Assembly (NCBI GenBank): GCA_964016885.1
Contig: OZ024741.1
Coordinates: forward strand, 113,026,001 to 113,090,000
Source: Eledone cirrhosa
Taxonomy: Eukaryota
Direction: 5' to 3'
DNA length: 64,000 nt
In this document: in pieces, positions 1-10,856 of the stretch
Layout: the number at the start of each line of letters is the position of its first letter
Position numbering within the stretch: position 1 is the first letter of the stretch
Program-made: the position numbers and the translations under genes
The notes under the pieces: model-generated
What the model was told of the DNA's origin: nothing
Seen by the model: only the letters and a program-made list of their open reading frames with translations
Database searches by the model: none

Positions 1-829
1 TTAGCATTTTTTCTATTACTGGATATCCTTCCTAATAGCAACCATTTTATAGAATATACTGGGCACTTTTTATTGTGGCACCATCACTAGAAAGGTTTGG
101 CAATACTAAAGTATCCTCTCTACGCTCCATCGTCTCCATTTGATCAGCAACCATTTTACAAAATGTATTGAGTGCATTTATCATGGAACCAGCACTCGAG
201 AAGTTCTCCTACCCCTTGCAAATCTAAAAAGCCCTACATTTTATATATTCTATTCTTTTTTATTTTTTGAATGTCATAAACAAACGTCATTACTTGCTTT
301 TTTAAATGATATTGTTATGAAAATGCTTATGTTTGGAGAAAATAACACACACATTCACGCACACACCCATAGACATGCACACATATGCATTATATATACA
401 ATATATATATATACACTACAACGTTGATGCTAAACTCTGCCAGTTGCAGACTACGCATCAACATGAGATATTTTTCTTCACAAAGTTTGATCACCAACAG
501 AGTTTAAAGAATAAAGATCAAGTCCATATAATATATAATATAATATATATATAAAATATATATAATATATATAGGATGACTCCCTTATTGTTTCCCGACC
601 AAATTCATTCACAAGGTATTGGTAGACATGCAGCTATACTTGAAGTCTTTCGAGCAGCTTGCAACATAGCAGGGCTGAACACAAAACCATGTGATTTAAG
701 AAAACCTCCAAAAACTCTTAACCATACAGCCAAGTAGGGACCTGTAAAATAGAAATAATGACAATAAGAACAATAGTAGTATTAGTATTAATTGCTATTA
801 TTATTAATATTTTCTAAAAAGGTTGGTAC

Positions 830-1035
830 TAGCTGTAGGGTGTTGGACAATATGCTTTTTGGCATATAGTTACAGCCCATTACATTCTGAGTTCAAATCC
901 CACTGAGGTTAGTTTTGCCTTTCATCCTTACAAGGTTGATAAAATAATATACCAGCAATACACTGGGGTTGATTTAATTGACTTACCTCTTCCATTTAAA
1001 TTGCTGGCCTTGTGCCAAAAGTAGAAAAAAAAATT
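830..1035 (+). mobile_element. SINE family B, degenerate copy
   Basis: B-box gagttcaaatcc, core ttttgcctttcatcc...gataaaata..tacc and tail attgctggccttgtgccaaaagtagaa match younger copies at 19856 and 22144. Confidence 0.75.
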
Positions 1036-1047
1036 ATTATATATATT

Positions 1048-1423
1048 GGAGGCACATGGCTTAGTGGTTAGAGCATTGGCCTTGCATTCGAAAGGTTGTG
1101 AGTTCAATTCTCAGATCGCCTGATGTGTTGTTTCCTTGAACAAGACACTTTATTTCACATTGCTCCAGTTTACTCAGCTGTAGAAATGAGATGATAGGGA
1201 CCCCTGCAAAGTGGTCGTGGAGGTGCCACGGCAAAAAAGCACCCAGCCCACACTGTAAAGTGGACGTGTAGGCACCACAGAAAAAAAGCACCCAGCACTC
1301 ACTGTAAATGAGGTTGGTGTTAGGAAGAGCATCCAGCTGTAGGAATCAAGCCAGAATCAGTTCCCGTCCCACCCTTGCAAGCAGGGAAAAGCAGACGTAA
1401 AATGATGATGATTATGATGATGA
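1048..1423 (+). mobile_element. SINE family A (tRNA head + core + RTE-related 3' tail)
   Basis: A-box tggcttagtgg, B-box gagttcaattc; tail near-identical to the RTE 3'UTR at 14020-14170; ends in (TGA)n; four near-identical copies in window. Confidence 0.9.
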
Positions 1424-2135
1424 AGATTGGTACATGACCACTATTGTGGGGATGGGTCGTAGTTGGGTATATTAAATCAACTACAGTACTTCACAAATCT
1501 TGTAATTTATTCAGAATATTAAAATGGTTATAACTCAACACGCCAAACCATTCTACCCACAATTCTACCAATTCTGCTACTTCATTGCCTTACAGGTAGA
1601 TAACATTTTTATTATAATTTTTTTAACTTTCAAATTCATTGTAATTATCTCATTACTATATTTCAAATGAAAGACACTGTCTATCATTTTCAAAGGGAAT
1701 AGAAAGTCTATTTGTGAGCCATACAATCTAGTTTTGTTCCAGTATGATGGATCCTTCATTGGTTTTGACAATGAGCATTCAGTTGTTTGATAAACATGAA
1801 TAAATATGTAAGTGGCTGAGTATTCTACAGTCATGTGAAGCCTTCACAAACAGAATCAGCATGACATAATATGTCTAAAGGCTGAACATTTGAATTAAAA
1901 GAACAATCAATCTGATGAGCTTCCACACAGTTTTCATCTTGCCTCTAGCAAATTTCATTCTCAAGGCTTATGTCAACTTGAGGATGTGGTAAAAAGAATA
2001 CTTTCTTCAAAGTACCACACAGTGAGCTCAAACATATAACCTCATGATTACAACGCAAACATCTTAACTACACAACTTTGCTCATTCCTACCTCCACTAT
2101 CGAAATGTAAGTTGACTAGAATAGGTTATAATGAA

Positions 2136-2420
2136 GGTGTTTGGCTTAGTGGTTAGAGGGTTTGGTAAATGATTGCAAGGTCAGGTGTTTGGTTCCTGTT
2201 GTATCATTGAGCATGACACTTTATTCCCTGTTACTCCAGTCCACTCAGCTGGCAAACATGAGTCGTACCTGAAATTTAAAAGACCAGCCTTGTCTCACAC
2301 TGTCACATGCCGAATCTCCCTGAGAACTACATTAAGGGTACATATGCCTAAGGAACACTCAGACACTTCTGATGTTAATTTCAGGAGCAGGCTGTTCTGT
2401 TGATTGAATAAACTAGTAAC
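2136..2420 (+). mobile_element. Older tRNA-derived SINE sharing the family A core but with a different tail
   Basis: tggcttagtggttaga A-box; acactttattcc..ttactccagtccactcagctgg core similar to family A. Confidence 0.65.
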
Positions 2421-2439
2421 AGAACTGACAAAGGTCCAA

Positions 2440-2539
2440 CACATGCATGCACACATACACACACTCTCTCTCACACACATACACACACACTCAAACACAC
2501 TTACATACACTGACACACACTCACGCACACAAATACACT

Positions 2540-2571
<32 letters not shown>

Positions 2572-3480
2572 CATGTGCACGCACACACACATACACACAC
2601 ACACACACACACATACTCATACACACACTCAAACACACATACACACGTACACTCGAATACACGCCCGCGCACACTCACACACATTTGGCCATATTAGTGT
2701 CCTATAAGAAACACTGAAGATGGTGTAAAAATATATAGTTTTAGGTGAGAACTGACTCGGTAGATATCAATATATTACTTCTTAATATATTTAGTGACTC
2801 TGATTGCGATTTTCACACCTCCAGCTTGCTGAGATAATGAGAAATAATTACAATTATCAGTGGATTAATTATTCTTTACTCTAGGTTTTAAAGATGCATA
2901 TGGTGAATAATGTTATCATCAATAACTGGCATTTTTACCTCTCTTTCTTCTTCACCAGCTATCATTGTTTTCTCACTTTCTTCTACTTCGTCCTTCACTA
3001 CACTACACTACACACATTCATTCACACACATTCATTTCCCTCATTCACACACAGACACACACACACACACACATACACACAGATATATATACACAAAAAC
3101 ACACTCGTGCATCCTTTCACACACATCCATTTCCTCCATTCACACACTCACACACACATTCTTACACATACACACTCACATACACACATTAACTCATTAA
3201 CAAATACACACATTCATTCATACACATCCATTCACCCATTCACACACACACACACATTCACACATTCATTCACACACATCCATTCACCCATCCACACACA
3301 AATACCCACTCACACATACATGGTCACACAGACATACATTTACATTCACACTCACACATAATCTCCCTTTCATACATACACACACAAACAACTACACACT
3401 ACACACCACACATATATAAATATGAACGCACATACACACACACAGGCAAACACATACATTTACACACACACACAAACACT
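2440..3480. repeat. Degenerate (CA)n-rich microsatellite tracts
   Basis: Directly visible; source of the spurious His/Thr ORFs. Confidence 0.9.
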
Positions 3481-3667
3481 ATATGCCTCACTCACTCTCT
3501 CTCTCCTCTATATTTTATCACTCAACTCATTCTTTCTCTATTACTATTCCCTACCGTACCTGTTATTCACTTGTATTTCTACCGAGTTTTGTTAGGGAGC
3601 AACCACAATTAAAACAGTTACTCAATGCATTGGTAGTGAATAGGCATTTTTATTTATTTATTATAGA

Positions 3668-3767
3668 AATGACTTCTACATGACTAGAACTGTTTCATTC
3701 ATATGAAATCATCAGGAATTCCTGATAATTTCAAATGAAGGAACCAGTTCTCGTCTTGTAGAAGTCA
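3668..3767. repeat. Palindrome of ~50-bp arms with a hammerhead core, probable inverted Penelope-like pLTR remnant
   Basis: gacttctacatgactagaac...atcaggaa|ttcctgat...gttctcgtcttgtagaagtc; minus strand reads CTGATGA-tttcatatgaat-GAAAC-agttcta-GTC. Confidence 0.6.
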
Positions 3768-4305
3768 TCTCTCTATATATAAAATGGAAGATGTCTGTCT
3801 GCCTGTGTGTATGATTTTTATGCATTTCCAATTTTCTCTACCTATTTTGATGATTTTTTTTCCAATGTGCTCCAAATTTACCAGGGCAGGTCAAGGCATA
3901 ATAATTTTTGCCAAAAATTTCCTGCTTCTATGAAAAAAAAATCGATAAAACTAAATACATGCTGTAACCCTTTCTCTTACACGCTTCATTCCTCTCACTA
4001 CTACCATCAAAAGTCTATGAAACTACATACATGTTGCAACTCTCTCTCTCTATATATATATCACACACACACACATATACATATAAAGAGAGAAAGGGAA
4101 ATGTAGAGAGAGAGAGTGAGATAGGTCGTTATACAGAGAGAGGTACAAGATAATCAGATAGAGAGAGAGAGAGAATGGCGACGAACGCTGGTTCACACAC
4201 ACACAAACACATATATATATATATAAAGACAGAGAGAGAGAGATCTGCACGTTCTTTATTGTTCTCCATTCTGTAGAGGAAGAGAGAGAGGGAGAGGGTA
4301 TGAGT

Positions 4306-4361
<56 letters not shown>

Positions 4362-5792
4362 GAGAAAAAAGGGAAAGCGGTTGAGAAAGAAAAAAAGTTT
4401 AAGCAAAGAATCGCTGCTTTCAACATTAACGGGATCTTCTTAAACTAAAAAATTCAATCTGTCAACGCAGAATTAAATATTTCGAAAAACGTTGCAACCG
4501 AAGGAAAACAGGAAGACGATATTTTGGTTCGTGAAGACGTTCCCTGACAATAAACGGAAAATAAGCGAGGATAATACGTCGTTATGTGGACTGAGAAGAA
4601 CAATTTCATGTAAAGACGAGACCAAGTTTATAGTATAAATTGTGTCGTTAGAGTAATATTCTATTTAAAATAACCGAATGATTTCCAGCCCCGGAGTTTA
4701 AGAATGATGTAAATAAAATTGTAAATGAAAATGACAGGTTATTAAAATAGTTGTTTCTAATTTTGGCACATGACCATCAATTAACCAGTACATTACTGGT
4801 ACGTTATGTTATCGATCCCGTAAGGATGAAAGGCAAAGTTAACCTCGACGGGATTTTAACTTTGCCTTAAAATAGTAAAAGTAAATAGTAAAGATTTAGG
4901 CCAGTACATATGTATGCGCCGACGGACATACACATACATATACATACGCACACACAAATACACACACGCGCGTGTGTGTGCTAACCTTATGCATTTCTAC
5001 TGTATTTTCACCAAACTTAAGACATAGGTTACTTATGTACTCCGGATGGTCACGGGCACTTTCATTTTTCCAGATATTGATTATAGGGCCTCCCGGCAGA
5101 TAACACCCTTTAACCACTTCCTTGGAGCCGACTGGAAGCACTGCAGAGCAATGCAACAAAACGTCATAACTTCTGGAGTTCGCAACCGATTTTCACAAAG
5201 TTGACACATGGGCTATGTTTGTTCTACAGATGAATGCGAAAGGAACTTAACATTGTAACTTTAACACAGCAACTGAGCAGCCCCGAGCAACACCGGGCTG
5301 TACTGTTATAGGCGATAAAGTTGTGCAGACAGACAGTCGGGCTGATAGATGATGGAGGCATGCAGACAGACAGTCGTTCAGAGAGGTGATATAGGCGATA
5401 AAGTTGTGCAGACAGACAGTCGTGCAGAGAGGTGATAGGCGATAAAATTGCATTTTTTTTAAATTTTCATGTCCATCCAATTTCTTTGTTTCAAAATAAC
5501 TGATAGTTTGGTTACGCTGATGTTTTTCTCTGAGACAAGTGTTGCAGTGTTTACATTTTCGATTTTTGTTAATAGATTACCAGTGCAGTTTTTATCCCCA
5601 GCATCCTCTTTTGTTTTAACATTCGAGTTATGGTTATGTTTTCTTAACTTCTTCTTGGTTGAGGGAATATTAATCAAAAGTACCACATGAAAGTCTACAC
5701 TGTAGACTCTATAGTTTTTAAGCCAAGAAAGGAACTTGACATTGTAACTTTGCTACTGAGCAGTCGTGAGCAACGCCGGGGTTTACTGCTAG
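3768..5792 (+). mobile_element. Non-autonomous Helitron-like element, composite, with a duplicated 3' end
   Basis: Starts A|TCtctctatatataaaatgg followed by gtctgtctg; ends gagcaacgccggggtttactgCTAG|T; second subterminal GC hairpin at 5275-5303. Confidence 0.7.
4750..4865 (-). mobile_element. SINE family B fragment inside the Helitron
   Basis: aaggatgaaaggcaaagttaacctcg is the reverse complement of the family B core. Confidence 0.75.
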
Positions 5793-5912
5793 TTTTTATA
5801 TAAATTTAAAAACATATATGCATGTGTATGTGTGTATGGTACTTATTTTATCAATCTCTATTTGTTGAAGTCTTAAGTTACATTGTGTAAACATAAACAC
5901 AAATGTAAACAC

Positions 5913-5943
<31 letters not shown>

Positions 5944-6101
5944 AATTTTTTATTTTAATTATTGTACAATTCTCTTGTAATCTATTAATCTATGTCGCAT
6001 CCATTCCACCCTGTAAATACGAAACTGTTGTTGTCAACATTAATATCCATGTATCTATATTATTGTTCGGTTGAATAGGAGGTTAATTATATGTACAAAC
6101 A

Positions 6102-6156
6102 TTGCTACTGCTCCGATGATTCCAAACGATAGTTTGGAAGAAACGATTGTCAGCAA
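6102..6156 (+). ncRNA. Minimal type I hammerhead ribozyme (CCGAUGA variant), Penelope pLTR-like
   Basis: tgct-CCGATGA-ttccaaac gata gtttggaa-GAAA-c gatt g-TC-agca; 8-bp stem II; followed by aataaa. Confidence 0.65.
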
Positions 6157-6792
6157 TAAAATGATTTGAACATAGCTTTGATTATTGTGTAATTTATATA
6201 TATATATATACACATACATTCATATATATCTAGTTGACATAAAAGGCATTGGAAAAACATGAAATTTAAAAAGTATTTGTCCCAACACAAATGTCAATAA
6301 TAATGATCTATCACTTCTAGCTTCAGATTTAAAATCTTCTAAAAGATGGTAATTGGTGATCAGGGACTTCTTAGCCTAATGGTTAATTCACTTTCTCAAC
6401 CACTGAGAGAGGGGGGTTCAATTCCTCACTGGTGCTTCTGTACACTTTTTTCATCTCCATGGATAGTGAACTCAAATGTATCTATTATTTATAGTGATAG
6501 TATATTATTGTCATCTGCTTTGAATATCCTGCATTTCAAATAATCTTGGGTCTCAAACAATCGTCCCCACCCACACACTTTTTACGTTTTCAGACCCACA
6601 TATTTTTAGACATTAAAGAATATTACATATGACAAAATATGTACATTACTGTAAATCCCATACGTTATGAAAAAAATATAGGATGAGTTGCGGTCTCAAT
6701 ATGTAAACTAATTGACTAATTTTTGTTTTTAAAAGATCAACGGAGGCAACCTAAAAAAATTACTTATTCCCCACCCCGTTATTTGGGACCCA

Positions 6793-6830
<38 letters not shown>

Positions 6831-6835
6831 CAATT

Positions 6836-7169
6836 GGAGGCACATGGCTTAGTGGTTAGAGCATTGACCTTGCAATCGAAAGGTTGTGAGTTCAATTCTC
6901 AGACCAGGTGATGTGTTGAGCAAAACACTATATTTCACATTGCTCCAGTTTACTCAGCTATAGAAATGAGATGATAGGGACTGGGGTCCCTATCATTCCA
7001 CTGTAAAGTGGACGTGTAGGCGCCACAGAAAAAAAGCACCCAGCACTCACTGTAAATGAGGTTGGTGTTAGGAAGGGCATCCAGATGTAGAAATCAAGCC
7101 AGAATCAGTTCCCGTCCCACCCTTGCAAGCAGAGAAAAGCGGACGTAAAATGATGATGATGATGATGAT
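6836..7169 (+). mobile_element. SINE family A
   Basis: Near-identical to 1048-1423; follows (TA)n; (TGA)n tail. Confidence 0.9.
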
Positions 7170-7265
7170 TACTTAAAATACCTCTACATTTACATATTGA
7201 ACGGTCCTTCTTTTGTAATTACAATTCATACTCAGATAATGGTATATATATATATATATATATAT

Positions 7266-7837
7266 GCGCATGAAAGTCGATAGCTGTATAACAAAGTGCA
7301 GGGCAATAAAGATAGACGGTAGCCACGGAATAGGCAGACCTAGAAAAACCTGAGACGAGCTGATAAACTCCGACCTCACACACTTACACCTCTCCAAGAC
7401 AATGTCACTGGACCAAGACCTTTGGCGGTACTCAGTAATAGAGAACACCCGCCTTACCTAAATACATAGTAAAACCTACTACAGTCAGTAGGCATCTCCA
7501 ACAAATACACCCCCCCACCCCCACCCCATCCACACAGCCCCCTTCTATGTAAAGTTATGTTGGTGCCACTCCATCCAGGCCGAAACAAATGAGATCGTGT
7601 AGGTGTAACGACAAAAAAACACACAGTCCACGCTGTAATGTGGCCGTGTAGGCAACACGGTAAAAACCTCCCAGACCCACACTGTAAATGTGGTTGGTGT
7701 TAGGAAGGGCATCCAACTGTAGAAAACCTGCCAGACAGTCCTATGCGAGCAAGACAATCACTCTTGCCTCAAGTGGGAAAACCCCCATCCAAACCCATGC
7801 AAGCGTGGAACACGGACGTTAAACGTTGATGATGATG

Positions 7838-7839
<2 letters not shown>
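7266..7839 (+). mobile_element. RTE LINE 3' fragment (family of the 20046-22143 element)
   Basis: Encodes ..CITKCRAIKIDGSHGIGRPRK..; 3'UTR matches the reverse complement of 20050-20750; flanked by (TA)n. Confidence 0.9.
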
Positions 7840-7874
<35 letters not shown>

Positions 7875-8959
7875 CGTGTGCGTGTGCGTGTGCGTGTGTG
7901 TGTGTGTGTGATTGATTTCCTTACAGTTTCCCTCTACTAAATCACAAGGCATTGCGCAATCCGAGGATGTAGCATAAAACACTTGCCGATACCACACTGT
8001 GGAACAGAACCGAGGACCACATCTTAACCACACACCCATATCTGTACCTACCTGTATGTACAAACATCTTAATCACTCACCCATATCTGTACCTACCTGT
8101 ACGTAGTGAGATAATATTATGAGTAGGAATCTATAACAATAAACAGATGGAGATGTATCCTTTGTGTAGATCGTAAACAAGATTTAATAAGTAAATTATC
8201 ATCATGAGATAGCAGTGAGATGATCAGATGTTAAAACAGTTATAGCAAGATTTATTTATGTTTATTATATATACATATATCATATATGCCTTTATATACA
8301 CCTCCATTATCATTATACAATACTTATTTACATGAAATGTATCATCACTAATTAGCTAATTAGATAATTAAATTATTTGCTTAAAAACACTATGGTTAGG
8401 TGTTTGTGGAAATGTTCTAAATATTTTTATCTTGATATCTTAGTGAAATATTTGACATGTAGTTATCAGATAAAGTTGTTTCTTTTGGTTTGATACAAAT
8501 GAATTCATTTTCTTTCTCTATTTCTTTATCCCCACACTCTATATATATATATCACTATATCCACCCCTCTCTCTCTTTATTTCTCACACCCTGACTTTCT
8601 ATTATATCCTTGTATCGGAGGGAAGAGAAAACACATAAAAATGTAAAGATGCAGGAAAAAGCAAAGAGGGAGTAAATGATGATAAAAAGAGGGAAACAGA
8701 GTATTATTAAGTTGGTATTTGGAACATAACTTAACATTAGGAGGAGAGTTTTTAGATAAATACAAACACTTTAAAAGAATGAGTTTTGTATCATAAAACC
8801 AGGAGCGGTTTCAGGCACTTTTGTATCGAAAGCTTTAAGAAGCATTAGGGAAATTTTTAATTTGATATGTATGTATTCCAATGCAAACGACTATAATAAT
8901 AGATGAGAAAATCAGATAATGTACCTCTAGAGATGGAAAAAGGTGAATGAGAGAGGTTC

Positions 8960-9225
8960 TTACTGGTCTCTATGTGGGCATGTATAGTATATGGTTAAAC
9001 ATAGGTCTGCCTTGCATTCTACCTTACTACTCCATGGCTTATGCACAAGAAAGGCCTGCACTGGTCTCTTTACTGATTTGCATAGTATGTGGTTGGACAT
9101 AGTTCTGCCTTGTATTCATAGGTCTGCATTGTATTCTAGCTCACTACCTCATAATTTACACTCAAGAGAAGATCACACTTATCTCTTTGTGGGCATGCAT
9201 AGTACATGGTTAAACATCTTTCGCT
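8960..9225. repeat. Degenerate tandem repeat, about three units
   Basis: Recurrent tctct(a/t)tgtgggcatg.atagta.atggttaaacat and cataggtctgc.ttg.attct. Confidence 0.6.
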
Positions 9226-10856
9226 GTCTTACAGTAATGATATACTATAAGTTATTCAGATTTGCCATTGCATAATGGAGACAAACCAACACAAAACTTG
9301 TGAAAGGGGGTGAGGTGGTGTCCACATGAAATGAGTGGAAATATCTTCATTGACTCTGCATTAAATCTGACATCACTAGAATTATCAAAGTGAAAAGGGG
9401 ACATGTGGATAGCTATTTCAGTGACAATGAAACATTCCAAACCATGAGTCACCTACTGCTTTGTTCATTATTGATGTCCTATGGTTGTTTGAATAATTTG
9501 AGAAATAACACATAAGAATATGCTAACCTGCATGAAAATGTAAGAAGATTTGATATAGATACAAAATAATAAATATATGTACATACATACAAAGACAACA
9601 GCAGAGTAGTGAGGGACATCAGATGAAAACAGCATTAAAATGTTTAAAAAATTGATATAGACATGAAATAATAAATATTTGTACACACATACAAAGATTG
9701 CAAATTGGCAGAGTTGTTATTGACATTTGATTATAACTGCTTTATATCTATTCAGACTCACTACACTCTGTGTTCAAATACTGCTGAAGTCAATTTTGCC
9801 TTTCATTCTTTCAAGGGTGATGAATAGAATACTAGTCCAATACTAGGGTTGGTTCTTCCTTTGTCTCTCTTTATCAATTTCTTTTACTCTATATTTTTCT
9901 GGAAGAAATCAGCTGTTTCACTCACATTGGAAAGGGATGGACATTGCCAAAAATAAAATTCTGAATTCAAGGCAACATGGTCCCTATTCCACACTTCTAT
10001 ATTCACCATTGCCAGCGTTAGTTCCTCCTGAATTGTGTGACATGACGTCCACCACACTTCTGTCCAACATTGCTATCTTCAGTACCTGGATAGATTTCAG
10101 GCTGGTAAGCTGCTCCAGGTTGTCAGTATATGTGAAATGACATCCATCACACTTTTTCATTCTATGCCATGGATCACATATGCTTCCACTTTAGGATGTT
10201 GTACACAATCTATTATATTCTCAGTTAGTTTTGGAACTATATAACCTCCATTCAAATATATGGTACATTATAAATGTTTTATATAACTTATCTACCAGTG
10301 CAACATATTGAAGAGACAGGACACTTTTCCCTTATCTGCTAAAATGTATCATTAGAGTTGATTTCAATTTGTTCCAGCCATCCATCCATACTAATCTTCG
10401 AAGGTATTTTAGTCTATATATTGTTGTTAATATTAATGCTGTTTTCCTGCTGTATTATCGATAAATTTCCGAAGGTTTCTTAGTAGTTTTCATGACGTTA
10501 TTATTGTTAATTTTACTGGTGTATTAACTTGGATATTTACCATGCGGTCTTCTAATTCTATTGTATCTCTCTCGTCGGTTATTTACCATGCGACCCTCAG
10601 TGCCTACCTCACAATTTCCCTCCCGCACACCACCATAGCCGATTCGACCAATCAAACCTCAGCATGCCATTTCCACTGCTGCTGCTGCTGCTGCTGCTGC
10701 TACTACCTACCTAACTAACTCTCTCCTCCTCTGGCGCAGCCCAACACACCCTGCCATTACCCCACTACCACTGTTCTTCTAGCCCTCAATTTTCCCACCG
10801 TTATGGATGGATGAGCTGAGAATACATTTGAGCAACTCTGAATCAATAGATGAAAT

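Noticed and set aside
48-235. Possible terminal host exon on the minus strand
   Set aside because: Several short frames are possible, the acceptor is weak and no homology is recognised.
1048-1120. tRNA genes at SINE heads
   Set aside because: A and B boxes are present but there is no clean acceptor stem, and each continues into a SINE body.
1910-1935. ctgatgag as a hammerhead core
   Set aside because: No stem II or GAAA follows; it lies in an old SINE-like repeat.
2295-3361. His/Thr- and Cys/Val-rich ORFs, and the many YIYI ORFs elsewhere
   Set aside because: Translations of (CA)n, (TG)n and (TA)n microsatellites.
9880-10330. Possible decayed coding or retroelement sequence on the minus strand
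   Set aside because: Multiple stops and no motif I can assign with confidence.
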